A DNA stretch of 64,000 nt from Lophium mytilinum. Taxonomy: Eukaryota. The notes under the pieces are model-generated. The model saw only the letters and a list, made by a program, of their open reading frames with translations. It searched no databases and was not told the DNA's origin. Positions 14,747 through 27,633 of the stretch are shown here, one piece after another. Numbering within the stretch: position 1 is the first letter of the stretch; each line of letters starts with the position of its first letter. The translations under genes were made by a program, and so were the position numbers. The stretch covers positions 1,755,464-1,819,463 of the forward strand of contig MU004192.1 of NCBI GenBank assembly GCA_010093605.1, given 5' to 3'.

Positions 14747-15265
14747 ATGACTACACTCCTCCTTGGAAAGGACAAAGCGAAGGACGACGGCCAACAAAGC
14801 GAGCAATCCGCTACTAAAGAAGAGCAGCCCGAAGACCTCCTCAAGCCATTCAAGTATCCAGTCCCAAGGTCGCCAACAAAGCCCGAGGAAGTAATGCTCG
14901 GCGATTTAGGAGTAAGCTCAGAAGCCATCAGGGTGGAGAAGGAAAAAGAGAGAGTCGAAGAAGAATTATCGAATACCTACTGGCAATGCTGCACATGTGC
15001 CCACCCCCACCTTTGGACAGTAAGGATTTGCGAAGATCATAAGAACCCCCACAAGCGGTGCGGAAATTGCTCAGGGTATGAATTTGGACAGCAGAGACTC
15101 GACGAAAGCCGTTTTCACGTCGCAGACCGGAACCTCGACACACGGGGGGAAGGCTCGGGGAGATCTGCAACGCCGCATCCGGATGCTGATGACGATCGGG
15201 ACGATGGACCCGTAAGCGATGCTGAGGAGATAGATGAAGAGGGCGCCAGACATTTCTCGTCTTAG
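14747..15265 (+). CDS. Orphan acidic protein with Cys/His zinc-ribbon-like motif
   Basis: 172-aa ORF containing WQCCTC..C..HKRCGNC; upstream TATATAAA near 14357. Confidence 0.5.
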   Translation: MTTLLLGKDKAKDDGQQSEQSATKEEQPEDLLKPFKYPVPRSPTKPEEVMLGDLGVSSEAIRVEKEKERVEEELSNTYWQCCTCAHPHLWTVRICEDHKNPHKRCGNCSGYEFGQQRLDESRFHVADRNLDTRGEGSGRSATPHPDADDDRDDGPVSDAEEIDEEGARHFSS

Positions 15266-15625
15266 AGGAGGCTGTCTTGTATCTGAGGGTGTTTCTTTCC
15301 TACATGGACGGTGTTTTCTGCATGATTTGGTTTTTCTTCTTCTATACCTGGACGACCCAGGCTTTGGCTTCTTTCGAGTTTGGGCATTGGCATTTGGGCC
15401 AAGTGTCGACGGCATTGGGTGTTTCTGGAAGTTTATTGTTACTGTTTTGTGTTTCGTGTATTCTAGACTGTGCTAGGCAAAGCGGGCAAGGCGGCATGTG
15501 AAGGATGATTTCGATCGGTGGTGGTATGTAGAGTTGTAAGTATGTATGTATGCATGTACGTATGTATGTACGTCGATCTGTCAATATGACTCAATCTCAG
15601 AAAATGTAATGTTTGGATTATTGCT

Positions 15626-15908
15626 ATTGGGTCGGAGTAACTGTGATAAGCTGCACGGATATTGGCACTGCTTTAGTGCCGTTTTGACAGCTAGACACCA
15701 CTGTCTGGAGTAGCCTGGCGAGCAGGTAGCTAGTCAGGAAAGAGGTAGTCTAATATTGACTCTGCAAGATTTGACATTGGGTTGGAGTAACCCTCATTCT
15801 AGCTACACGGATATTGGCACTGCTCCAATACCGTTTTGACAGCTGGACGCCACTGTCAGGGGTACCCTAGCAAGTAGGTAGCTAGTCAAGAAAGAGGTAG
15901 TCTAATAT
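15626..15908 (+). repeat. Degenerate ~151-bp tandem duplication containing the right TIR
   Basis: 15626-15757 and 15776-15908 share CACGGATATTGGCACTGC, CCGTTTTGACAGCT and AGGTAGCTAGTCA..AAAGAGGTAGTCTAATAT. Confidence 0.85.
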
Positions 15909-15916
15909 CCACTGTG

Positions 15917-17257
15917 TCACCGCTCCCGAATCTCGCCGACCGTTCTCGCCCACTCCTCTCTTAACCACATACCAACAGACCGGTACAGTTTTCCAGTACT
16001 ATCGCATTCTTCGCTTCCACGCGACGCGAATGTGTCAATCAACTGTCCTACTTTGCGCAGTTCGCTGAGGAGGAGCTGTTGCCTGAACGCCTCCTGATCT
16101 TCTTCATCGAGACTGAAAGCGCCAATGGTCATTGGCATGAACATGATGTTGCTTGGTGTCGATGTGCCCATCCTAGGTGGAGAGGGGGTGGACATGAAGT
16201 TGGGCGACGATGCCATGAATGGTCCGGTCGACATTGGAGAAGACGCTTTCACACCATTGGCGATTTGGTACCAGTGGAGAACCTTGGAAACGATTGAAGC
16301 GTAGAGCATTGCTTGATGTGGCATGCGTGCACACGGGCAATTGAGTAGTTGGCTGACAGTCGAGATGGCGGCTTTGTTGTTGCGGAGGACGCTGTCGAGA
16401 GTCTGGCTGCCAGATGGAGTGTGTTGAGAAAATATCGATGATGACGAGGACTGAGGGACGGCGCTGAAGCAGGTTGATTCGTGATTCAGCGATTCAATGG
16501 CACTACACGCAAGATTACAGCAGCTGTGACTGCTGCTGTCAAGACTTGTCCGACATGAGCCATATGTGCTGTCATCGGTGATAGGCGAATCTGGTAGAAG
16601 TGTGGAACTCAAGCCCGGATTTTGGAAACTGGTAGTGTTCAAAGACGCATCTAGCGATCGCAAGTCGTCACCGCCAATGAACTCGTTGAAGTTCTGGTAG
16701 TCAAAGGATCCAGGCGGTGTAAGCGAAAGCCCACCCTGCAGTTCTTTGCTTTTAGTGAAGGGGTGCATCGTGGAACTCGTATCGGAACCAATGCGCACGG
16801 ACGCGGCAGGTTCAGGGCAACTGAGTGGAGAGTCGGTCACTAATAAGAAAGGAGGATTGGCAGCGGATTCGGGCGCAACGACTTCAGAATTTGAATTCCA
16901 GGAGGATTGATCGTCTCCGTTTATGAGGCTTTCTAATACGAGCTGGACTTCCGGATACTGGTCCTTGCTGAGCGAGGACACCCAATTGGCGATGCTCTTT
17001 GCAGCAGGCTTGCCCTCTGGCTTCGGTTTTCGCTTTCGTCCTGGTTTACCGTGCTTTCTTGAAGGACCATATACACATTCGTGACCGTTGGTGGAGCAGC
17101 GGATGCAAGATGGGTGCTCTTTACTGCACTTGACTTTTGCGGAAGCGCAAAGATCGCAGGAGGCACGCAGCTTAGGCGATCGTTTTGGTAGTACTCCGAG
17201 TTCGGGGGACTGTGACAAAGGGCTGGGGTATTGACTGTTTGGTGGTGTAGATGCCAT
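15917..17257 (-). CDS. AflR-family Zn(II)2Cys6 transcription factor
   Basis: LRASCDLCASAKVKCSKEHPSCIRCSTNGHECVYG binuclear cluster; AflR-type C-terminal segments (LLNCPCA..LYASIVSKVLHWY, LLLSELRKVGQLI). Confidence 0.9.
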   Translation of the reverse strand: MASTPPNSQYPSPLSQSPELGVLPKRSPKLRASCDLCASAKVKCSKEHPSCIRCSTNGHECVYGPSRKHGKPGRKRKPKPEGKPAAKSIANWVSSLSKDQYPEVQLVLESLINGDDQSSWNSNSEVVAPESAANPPFLLVTDSPLSCPEPAASVRIGSDTSSTMHPFTKSKELQGGLSLTPPGSFDYQNFNEFIGGDDLRSLDASLNTTSFQNPGLSSTLLPDSPITDDSTYGSCRTSLDSSSHSCCNLACSAIESLNHESTCFSAVPQSSSSSIFSQHTPSGSQTLDSVLRNNKAAISTVSQLLNCPCARMPHQAMLYASIVSKVLHWYQIANGVKASSPMSTGPFMASSPNFMSTPSPPRMGTSTPSNIMFMPMTIGAFSLDEEDQEAFRQQLLLSELRKVGQLIDTFASRGSEECDSTGKLYRSVGMWLREEWARTVGEIRER

Positions 17258-18595
17258 TGTGAGAAGAGAATGGAGTAGAAAAGGGCAGGACTTGAGCCAG
17301 ACATATATGTCTTACAGTTGGCTGTGGGCGTCAGAGTGCATATGCCCCCACGTACAGGTGTTTGTGAGGATCGATCTCGCTTTGGCTCCTTCGGGGACTT
17401 TCGGACCTCCGACGTATTGAGTAGGAGGATTATGCCCTGGTAAGTAGATTCGAGAGCGCGGATTTACTGTTAAAGATGTTGATCAAGGACTCCTTGCTGT
17501 CGTTCCCCAGGTTCCTCGAGGGCAAGCCCTCTCTTTCTACCCGTCAGCTCATGATGCGGTACCAACGCGGTCCGCGTAATCCTTGGATTTCTTTACTCGG
17601 GTCCATAGTTGTACGATGCACTGGCACTAGAGATAGGGAGTGTTGCAGAGTCGCGCGCGCGGAGGGTCTCGGCCGCTGACCTGGCTGACGGTGTTACAAA
17701 TTGTAGAACCCACGAGCAGGACGTGAAGTAACAAACGACGCCGGGTCGTATGCGATAGGCGGCCGGGCGAGTCTCTGTGATGGTGTTGAGGAACTGGTGC
17801 AATAGGGCAGGTCGAAGGCGCATAAGGCTAGGGGGAACTGGTTGTCGGGACTACTGACGTCGCCGGACACTCTCACCAGCCGCATTCTGTCCCGAGCTTC
17901 CAAGAGAAGTTGGAATCGTTAATTGGCCCCTTATCGCCCTTCTTCGGGCCTTCCCGACTGCACCTTCACCAACCTGCCTCAACACCACGAACTGGCTACA
18001 CGCCTGCTACTTGATATCCACACATGCAAGTCCATCGCTCGTCTTCATTCAATCTGTTGAAAGACGCCGGATTGAGACGCAATGGCGCAATCCCGTTGTG
18101 TTGATCCTCGTATCGTTATCACATCAATCTGCATATATCATGGCGATTTCCCTCCCACGTAGCGGTACTATTCCGCCGTAGGGCGGAGGTTTTACGCCGC
18201 TGTTCTTGTTGTACAGTAGCATGAGTATGCTACTGGCTGACTGCAGGTTGACGTGACACCTTGCTTATGCTGCAGCTACCATTTAGCCTGGAGAGCAACA
18301 CCAGGACGGGAGATCCGAGAGACAGACGCCCGCTTGGGATATTGATCATCCCCCGCTTATGCTTACCGTGTGCAGACGCCTGAGACAACGTGTGAAACTG
18401 TTTTTCGGAGCCTGATTGAACATCTACGTAGCCTAGCGTTGCCACGCCCCATATCTCTCCACGTTTCGGAGGCTTTGATGCGGAAACTATCGACATTCCA
18501 GTGACGCCATTTGGGACTCGAAAACCCACCTATCCAGCCTCCTGGCAGTCTATTCTGCTTTCGGGGCCAACGCGAATGCGAAGTCGGACTTCATC

Positions 18596-20154
18596 ATGAT
18601 CAGCTTCTCGCTTTCTCTAACCTCATTCATCGCGTTGATTCTCCTACGATGCATCTACCTCAAGTACTTTCACGCCCTATCCAGATATCCAGGCCCATTC
18701 ATCGCCTCTTTCACGAACCTATGGTGAGTTCGACGTCCCGAATGTGGCAATTGCCGATGCGGTGCACCCCAACTCTAACCTTCGAATCCAGGCGGACAAT
18801 CCGATTCGCCAAAGTGGACCTCCATCTAGATACCGATGATTTGCATGCCAAATACGGCTCGATCGTCCGGTTCGGGCCGAACAGTCTCTCGTTCTCGTCA
18901 GTCGAGGCTTATGATGCCATCTATGGCTTCAGTGCACGAGGCTTCAAGAAGGGCTCCTCTTATGACTTTGCCCGGAACAAGGCTACAGGACGTACTACTG
19001 TTTTCGCAGCCGCGGATGATGCTACCCACCGAGAGCATCGTCGAAAGACAATTATTGCATTTGGTAACAGAGTTCCCGCGTATGCCCCGGTGATAAAGAA
19101 ACATGTTGAAGCCTTGATTGAGCGGATGAAACGTTTTACGAGAGAAGATGGTGTAGTGGATATCCCCGGTCTTCTTCATAGGTTCCTTCTCAACGCTCTG
19201 TTTGACACAAGTTTCGCCCGTGAGCTTCCGGTAGCACTACCCACCCCCGGCGAAGTGGACACTCTTAGCCAAGGCTTCCACATGGTCTCCGCATCTATCT
19301 TCACGTCAAGCTGGCTTCCATGGCTCAATTGGGTTCTTAATACAGGCACAGTCCAGAAGATGATTCAGAAGCCGAAATATGAATCTAACGGTACTCTCGT
19401 TCCTCTCTCAAGATTCTTTCAGTCAGCAGAGCAGATCATCGCTCAGAACCAACCAGCTCTGGAGACGAACACCAAAAGTCAGCCTAGTATACTGCAAAAC
19501 TACCTCGCAGTTCCCGAAAATGATTCAAGACGCATGACGGAGCCTCAGATAAATATCGAAGCCATTAACCTCATTTTCGCTGGCCAAGGTAGCGCTACCG
19601 CAGCTCTGACATCTATTCTCTGGCAGCTTGGGTTGCCCGCTGGTCGCCCATGGCCGCAGAAGATACGCGCTGCTGATACTCGAGAGGCGGCATTTGAAGC
19701 CGTTGTTAGAGAGACCCTGCGATTCCTGCCGCCTTTCCCAACCGGTTTTCCGCGGGATATCACTCGAGAGACTCAAACAGCGATTCCGGGTATACTTGCT
19801 CCGTTGCCTGTCGGAACTGAAGTGTCTGTAAACTACTGGCTTCTCTGCCGGTCGAAGGAGCTCTTCGGGCAAGATGCAGATTTGTGGGACCCAAACCGAT
19901 GGCTGCTGAATGCTTTGGACAGGGAGTCAGAGCTTCAAGTAGATCATGTACTCGACGAGAAGTTCCTCGTGTTTGGAAGGGGACCGCGCGCTTGTCTGGG
20001 CCAAGATTTCGCCAGGCTGGTGATCCGTGAAGTGGTAATCGCGGTCCTTGAGAGGTGGGAAATTGAAGCGGTGGGTGAGCTCAAAGGAAAAAATGTATTT
20101 GAGTCCCGGTCCGATAAAGCTGAGGTGCGGCTCAGGGAGCTCCAAGTAACATAA
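18596..20154 (+). CDS. Cytochrome P450 (intron 18724-18791)
   Basis: Spliced N-terminus MISFSLSLTSFIALILLRCIYLKYFHALSRYPGP (membrane anchor plus Pro hinge), KYGSIVRFGPNSLSF, ETLR (ExxR), DPNRW, heme motif FGRGPRACLG. Confidence 0.92.
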
Positions 20155-21025
20155 ACAGCCACTGGCGCTATTGCAATAGCGTTAGTACGGGCTTCATTCC
20201 TGCATGCCTGAGTAGTGACATTTTGCCTGTCGAGCTTGTCAGAATCACGGGCTTCGCACGTTTCCACATGGAGAAAGCAGGGATTTATTCGAAGCTTGAT
20301 CCGTGTAGCTAAATTGAGGTTTGTGAAGGAGGATAATTAAATTGCAATAGGCATTCAGTTCAAAGAGAAGCTGCTTTCTGAATTGTCCCAAAAATCTACA
20401 GTAACATCACTATGCAGTCCAACAGACAAGGCTTAAGCATGGTCTTCCTCGCCATTTGGGCAAATCAAATATGACTACAGCAGAGAATTAACATAATCCA
20501 AAAATGGACAAGCTGTGACGCTTTCTCCCGCCTGCCGATAACCGGCCTCCCGTGTTCATGATCTTCCCACGCGTCTCCAACGTACATCTTCAACACAGCC
20601 AACGAGATATCACCCTGGGCATGCCTGTCTTTACTCCTTCCAGATTTTCGGGAACCCCCCGGTCTATCTATATTCTGTCTAAGCAGCAGCTGATCATGCC
20701 CACCTCATGCGGGCCGAGGCAGTCCACTACCCGAAACTACCAAGGGTCAAACATCACCTTGTTTGTTCCTATCCTTTTCATCATGCAGAGGAAAGCCTCA
20801 CGAGATCTCCAAACCTCATCCTCAGTCGCTTGTTATTAATCGCTCCTTTTAGAGGTTAGGCAATACAGTCAGCGTTGGAAGTTGGTTGATCACTATGATT
20901 TAGTGTAATTCAAAAACGCCACCATCATCACACAACTAATCATCGTTAATTGCGAACGCGCCTTATCCTACAGCTCTCCCGCCAACCGTCAACATTCCAT
21001 CAAGTTCTCCACAACCGGTACAAAC

Positions 21026-22192
21026 ATGGCGGAAACCACAGAATCGATACCAGCGCCCGTTTCTGTCAAGCCTGCGCCATGGAATACGCAATGCGAGACG
21101 TACTGGCTGATGCTATACATGCCAGCAGTGCTGCCAGAGGGTCTCTACGATCCGTTGGAGGCGTCTTCCCCTCACTTTGCGGACCCAAACCTGAGTGGGG
21201 AGTTTAAAGGGGGATTGGCGATCATCATGGTGGTAAGGTATAAGGATACGCCTACTGGTAAGTGTGGTGTCTTTATCAAGCTAGGCCCGAAGTCTTTCCA
21301 ATGTCAACATTAATTTCTCTTTCTACATCATCCTCAAACCAACATGTCCAGTTTTGACTTCATCTCTCACTTCATAAGAGTTCAAACCATCCCCTTCATT
21401 CTATCTCCTTTCTTCACCGCCTCAATCATTCCCCAGGCTTCCTCTCTAACCCGGCCAGGTCCCTACGACGAACTCCTCCTCATCCCCGGCGCCTTCCGCG
21501 CCCCCACCTCCTCAACGCCCGTCTCCCACCGCACCCTCAATCGCATCGCCCGTATCTACGTCTCCCAGCGCGACACCTGCTACAACGGCCGCGCCAACTG
21601 GAACATCCCCAAGCACCTCGCCCGCTTCTCTTTCTCCTCCCCGCCCGTCTCCGCCACCTCTCCGACCCCCAAGTCCCTCACTCTGGCCGTCTACCCGCCC
21701 GACCCTACTTCCACCATCCCGTTCTTCAGTGCGACCCTTACCCCGTTCACGTGGCTCCCCGCGATCCCGTTTAGCACGCGCTATATGCCGCTTAGCGCAG
21801 AGCTAGGCCAACCACCTCTCCCCGCCGCGCCGCGAGCGTCGAAAGTGCATTCTCCACTCTCGAACTCCAACAAGGCGAAGGATCCGTATGACATCACGAA
21901 AGATGAAGCGGAGTTGCTCGTGGGGACAGAGCGGTGGTGTAGTATGACGAACCACGCATACTCCCCAAAGACGCGGGGGATGTGGGTGGAGGTGCATTCG
22001 CCAGCGTACTTACCGCAAAAGAACAGCAATGGAGCGGACGGAGCTGTGGAGGATGTAGTGGTGGTGAGTGAAGAGGACGCGAAGAAGGAGGCGCAGAGGT
22101 GGTGGCCGCAAGGGATCAAGCCGTGGAAGATTGGGGCGTGGATGGAGGAGGCGGAGATCGAGATTCCGGCGCCCAAGGAGTGGAAGTTGTAG
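21026..22192 (+). CDS. Acetoacetate-decarboxylase-like fold fungal protein (spliced)
   Basis: PAPW N-terminus, VVRYKDTPTG|PYDEL across an intron (~21258-21458), IYVS..GRANWNIPKHLA. Confidence 0.7.
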
Positions 22193-22504
22193 GGGATCAG
22201 AGGGAAGAGTAGAAGAGTAAGCGTCTGGTGAGTAGAAGGGAGTTTAATGTCCTCGGAGTAGTTTATGTGAGTTCAACAAAGATCGTCTTAAAGTCGGAGG
22301 AGACTACGATAGGTGGCACACACACCACGCCTGTGCGACATCTAACAATTTTCGTTCCACGCCGTTGATTTCGTGACTGTTTGCAACTAAAGCAACCAAA
22401 GCGTAGACGGGGGCGCCTCGGTGGGACCTCCCTCAGCTTTCGACGTTGAGCTGATTCTACTTTTTTGTGTCTAGTTACTTGCATTAGAAAAGGAACCACG
22501 CGAC

Positions 22505-23000
22505 GTGCACGCGGTGTCCCCTCCGAGTGCGCAGAAATTGGATTCGCCCGGTTTGATTTGTGAATCTTTGTAACAAAAGGGACGAGTTGTCCGCCAAGGT
22601 GCCCCAGCGAGATCTTTTCATCCTCTTAACAGCGACCCTATTTACGAACTCTTGCTTAGGTCAAGAAGCGACCGGGTATTGTGCACGCCGTGTACCCCTT
22701 CGCGTGCCATCCGAGTCTATGACATTTGGGTCGTGCAGTTAGATCCGTAAGAACTTGTAACTACACCTCATAGATTCTTCGCGGAGGCACTTCAGCGGGC
22801 CCTTTCCATCCTTTTGACAATGACCCGATTCCCATCCTCTTGCTTTAAGAAGGGAAAAGTATCGCAAATGGTGCACGCCGCGTACCCCTTTACGTGCCCT
22901 CCGTGTCTACTGAAAAGCAATTTACACGGTTAGAAACATGACTCTTTATTATTAGATAAGGCAGGATCTCCACCAACGCAACCTAGCGACCTTTTCTACA
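22505..23000. repeat. Three degenerate ~180-190-bp tandem units
   Basis: GTGCACGC[C/G]G[T/C]GT(A)CCCCT recurs at ~22505, 22681 and 22872, with weaker similarity downstream of each. Confidence 0.6.
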
Positions 23001-23182
23001 CCTAATTTTCTAGGCTCGATTTAGAGGGTCGGGCAAACGTTGTAACCGAGGAAGACTCAATCTGCACACTGACGACATTTATTACGCATTCACAATAGAA
23101 AGTTGATAAAAGCCGCAGTGTCCATACTTTCAACTCACTTCCTACCAATGGGAACTCTCAAGCACTATCACGACAACATCGT

Positions 23183-24080
23183 TCATCTCACGGAGCAGCC
23201 GAAAACAACGAGAGGGTCAATGAGTATCATATATCTCTCCAGATCCAAGAGTATCAACATCTTCACTGTAGGCTGTGAACTGGTCGAGTGACGTCTCGAA
23301 AGGATACGCAACGTCATACCCCAAACGGATTGCAGGCATCTTCGTGGTACGAAGTACATGTGAGCCAACCCGACCATTCCCATACTAGCAGTACCAGTGA
23401 CGAATATAGGTCTCTCCATTGGACCGCATCGAGGATATAGAGAATAGCTCGTTCACTTTGCTCCCTTATCAGAGTCTTTTGTCGATGGTGTGGTTGGATG
23501 ACCGACTGGGTCTCGGTGGCTCGTGGCTTGTTCGTTCGATTTTTCTTCCGCAGGTGTAGCCTCGTGGTTCCCTGGAATGGTATAAGTAAGTTATTTTCCT
23601 TTAAAGTATAGATCACAGGACCGCTGTTACCAGACAGTGATTTCTTTGGGGGTTCTTCAAAGATTTCGGAGGGAGTTTGGCCCTCTGTGTCAGCCCACGC
23701 GCCGATGTGGGCTAGGAGATGCCCTAAACTATCTACAACCACGGTATTGCTGGAGGAAGTCCGACTAGATATGGCTGAAGAGAATAAACGTTAGGGGGAG
23801 TTTGGCACTCTGTGTCTGCCCACGCACCGATGTGGGCTACCAGATGTTCCAAACTGTCTGCATCGTTGGTAGTGCTCGACGGAGTTTGACTAGGCATGAC
23901 TGACGGGTGACTAGGAAGCGAATAAAGACAACCGCTTTTCTTCTTGTGCGGTTCGATGAGAATAGGAATCGAAAGGTTACCTATCCTCTCTAGAGGTTGA
24001 TTTATAGGAAGACGGTTTTCAATATATCGTAAGCCACGCGCTCCTACCAGGTCGAATTCCCTCTTCGGGTCATTCGACAA
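23183..24080 (-). pseudogene. Frameshifted orphan gene with an internal 63-bp duplication
   Basis: 23672-23734 and 23797-23859 encode DSLGHLLAHIGAWADTEGQTP / DSLEHLVAHIGAWADTECQTP in different frames (period 125 bp); the ORF is broken into consecutive pieces. Confidence 0.4.
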
Positions 24081-24602
24081 AACGTGGCGTTTCTAAGGTA
24101 GCGCAGCAGCCAGAGAAGTGCGATATGGGCGCGGATTGGCGGATCTGAACCTGTGTGTAAACTGCGAAGAAGAATATTCGTGACCGCGGCATTATCTGGG
24201 ACGGTGCAGATTGTTCTGCCGATTGCGATGCTCTGCACTTATTGAGCGTGGTAGCGGAGTCCGCCCTATTGAGGTCGCTCTAGATTTCATGTGAACCGCA
24301 CTACTACGGATTAGATTACTGTGCAACACTTTGCGCAGGTTTCATTTTTTGCAGACTTACATATCGTGGTATATGAGGAAGGCTTGTCGCATCATGCACC
24401 CATAGCATCCGTATTCTAAGAAACCATGACCTCAGCTCAAGAAGTAGGCGGGCGCTAACCCAATCTGGTCATTCGACACTGCAGCTGTGCATGGACCATC
24501 ACCTAGCCCTATTATCCTGACGGGTCCGTCTTTCGGATTGATCTCGACCTTTTCCCAACTTATCAGATTGTTGTAAGATTGCAACTGGGGTATAACTGTA
24601 GG

Positions 24603-26809
24603 ATGTCTGCACCCTCCATCTTCGTCTTCACCGGGCATGGTATTCAATCTCGTTCTCCAAGAATTCCCGCGGAGATTTGGAGCAGCCATAAGGCTGAAAT
24701 TCTTCAACAAGTACAGCAGAAGGGACTCGCACATACAAAACAATGGATGGAAGACAATCAGAACTTTTATGCCACGTGAGTCGTGCTGTGTGATGTTCTT
24801 GATGGCTCCAACTGAGATGGCTAGTATGAAGCAATACCAATACCAGATCTACACGAAGTGGCGACAGCCACAGCCTGGCCCAATCGCCAAAGAAGTGCCA
24901 GTGAGCAGCAACGACGAGACAGCCCCGACGGGTTCTGTATGTAATCGACAACTAAAGCAATCGTTAGAAGGGCACGGCGGTATATCCTCTGGCTTGGAAA
25001 GCTCGGCTCTCCCTCGACCGGTGGTGAAGGTTCATCCGCTCAGACGACGACTGAATATAGGAAGCACGGGAGATAATTCGCCGCCAAAGAAGGCAAGGTT
25101 AGTAGAAGTCTCATCTCCACGGGCTCCAATCATTGCGTCGAAACGACGTCCCTCGCGGAATCCTGAGGGCTCTGTAGTCCGCGTACGAGGGTTCTATAAA
25201 GAGCGGAGCGCCGCTGCGCAGTCCTTCGGAATCGCATCGAAGAAGAACAAGGAAAACCAACAGAACTATGGTCCACAAGAGCGGCAGCCATTCAACGGAG
25301 GTCATCATCAAGGCACGATCCCCGAGTTGAAGCTAGAACATTTCCCTGATCCTGCAACCGTTTCCCCACTCTTAAATTTGATGGTTGATGACGGGGACGA
25401 GGCAACAGAGTACTCACTGGTGAGCTACGTGTCAGAGACTTGTTCCATAGTACTACTGATCTCAATACTAGATTATGTTTGACCACTGGAAGGAGACTGT
25501 CGACATCTTTACCGGACCCTTGCATCAAGCGTACTACTTGCATCTTTCTTTCTGGAATGGCGAAGCAGAACTGCCAAACGAAGTACACACCCTGGCAGCC
25601 GTAGTACGTTCAGTAGCCACCAATGTCATGCGCTACAGGCTCGTCGAAAACATTCTCGGCTATAGGTTGCTCTACCTGTCGCATTCGCAAGCCACCGAAT
25701 GTTTCCTCTTCACCATCCTCAGAGTAGAGCTTTACAAGCAGTCCAAACCCAAGCCAACGGGTCACTATTCTGAAGAGCAGAGGGAAAAACTCTTCCAGTC
25801 CGATCTCCGATGGATCATTCAAGCGAGAGATTTGCTCGTCGAGCGAGTGATAGCTGGTGCTATCGCCCTAAGTTTACCGCTCCTGATCTGCCTTGATAGA
25901 AACTACTGTTACTCCCAAACCGGATCTGCTGGAGACATTGAACTCAACTTAGAGAATCCTCATGAAGTTGCCTATGAGGATACCGCTCGGATTGAAGAAA
26001 GAACTGCGTTGAGAAAATGCGCTTTGAGATCAGGTCCAGGCGTACCGAATCTTACGAGCAGCGTAATACAGATGGAACCCATCACTAACATCATTCGCCA
26101 TTGTCGAGATGAGATCCTATCTCTCGAAGAATTGGAGCTGTCCCTGTCACAAATCGCTTCTACTGATTCACTTGTCATATACGACATGGTACCAACGGGG
26201 CTCTACTATTTGCTTGCGGTGCATTTACAGTCCCTTAGGATACCACGGAATGAGAGGGGTTATGCGCCCAGCCCAACGCAAATAGCGAAGGTGGTGTGTG
26301 TTGCTATCGCCGATACTGCACGCCTGGAATGGAGCAAATCCTCGGTCGTGACTCTGTCGACGTTCGGTAATCTTGCAGAGAGGCTGTACGAAGCGGCAAA
26401 CACACTGCTTGCACTAGAACGCGAGGCCCTTGGAATGACATTCCTGAATATCTTCCTCTCCGACAGGATCCAAATCGTATACAGGGAAAATAGGGATAGC
26501 CACGTCGGGTCGTACCTACGCGGTGATCCAGCCGGACAAATGCTACCTCCCCCCTCTACAAGCGAGGCTTTTCGGGCCACTCCGCAGACTTCTCTTTCGG
26601 CTAAGTCGGTGCGACTCCCAACTCTGGCGCCCTCCTATGACTCTTCGAGCATTGCGTCTTTCCGCAATCTGGCAACACGTGTCAACCAACCTACGGAGAA
26701 GAGCAAGAAATCAAGAATGTCTGACGTGGGGCAAGACCCCGTTGACGAATTGTCAGATACCTTTAGCGTTTTTGGTCTGTCTGTCAGTGGTCGAGAGCTC
26801 CTCTCCTAG
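24603..26809 (+). CDS. Clr5-domain protein (spliced)
   Basis: IPAEIWSSHKAEILQQ..LAHTKQWMEDNQNFYAT|..KQYQYQIYTKW fits the fungal Clr5 N-terminal pattern; GTGAG donors at ~24776 and ~25420 join the three ORF pieces. Confidence 0.65.
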
Positions 26810-27287
26810 GGCGGCGATGCTTCCTAGCACTCCATGGCAAGGTGTTCTAGAGGGAAGCAGCGTTGGGTGAGTTTGGAAAAACCTGTCCCCGAGTCTCATG
26901 TCGGATTATTATATTGCATGATGTGACTGCATCTGGGGCATGTGCTACTTCAAAAGGACGAATTTCGGTGAATGATGAAAGCTTGGGAATGGAGAATTTT
27001 CGTGGTGTCATGAGGGTGTACTTTTCTAATCCTTCGGGTAGCTCACGTGTAACCTTGCCTGACGGAGTATATCTTATAGGTGTAATTTAGGACGAAGTTG
27101 TTCTACAAAGGGTAGCTTATTGGTTCGTTTGAATGTGAAAAGCAGGATGCGTCCTGATTTCATAGCCTAGAAGGAAACTGTAGAGTTACAGGATCCGTCC
27201 CATAGAGATTTGGATGTAGAAAGCGAGTTGGGCTTTGAATGAGGCCCCATTACGCATTGGTATATAGAATCTAGTCGTCCACCGCAG

Positions 27288-27350
27288 GACGACAACGGGG
27301 ACGACAGCGGGGACGACAGCGGGGACGACAGCGGGGACGAGAGCGGGGAC
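27288..27350 (+). repeat. 12-bp tandem repeat (GACGACAGCGGG) x~5
   Basis: Read directly from the sequence. Confidence 0.9.
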
Positions 27351-27633
27351 TCAAAAGAGACGACTAATTATGTTACGAATTGTAGCGGTTTAGGACGATG
27401 TAGGTTGGGCGGGGATTCGCAAGTATGCCGGTCACTCGATGTGGAAGAGGTAGGTGAATTGATCTAGTCGAGTGAGGTCATGTCTCTCGCGCTCAAGCTT
27501 TTCTTGGCAACTTTGAGCATCTCGAAAAACCGTAGGTAGCTACCACCAACCACTTCTCTACAACACCACATCGCAACAGAGCATTGCGCCTAGATCGACA
27601 CCCACATCTCCTTCAAACCCCTAAACCACCACA

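Larger units (their letters stand above)
13774..15912. mobile_element. Putative non-autonomous TIR element (~2.1 kb) carrying an orphan ORF
   Basis: 13774-13843 is a degenerate inverted copy of 15843-15912 (shared CT[A/G]GAC[A/G]CCACTGTC...AAGAGGTAGTC[C/T]AATAT); TGT flanks both ends (13771-13773, 15913-15915); no transposase seen. Confidence 0.5.
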
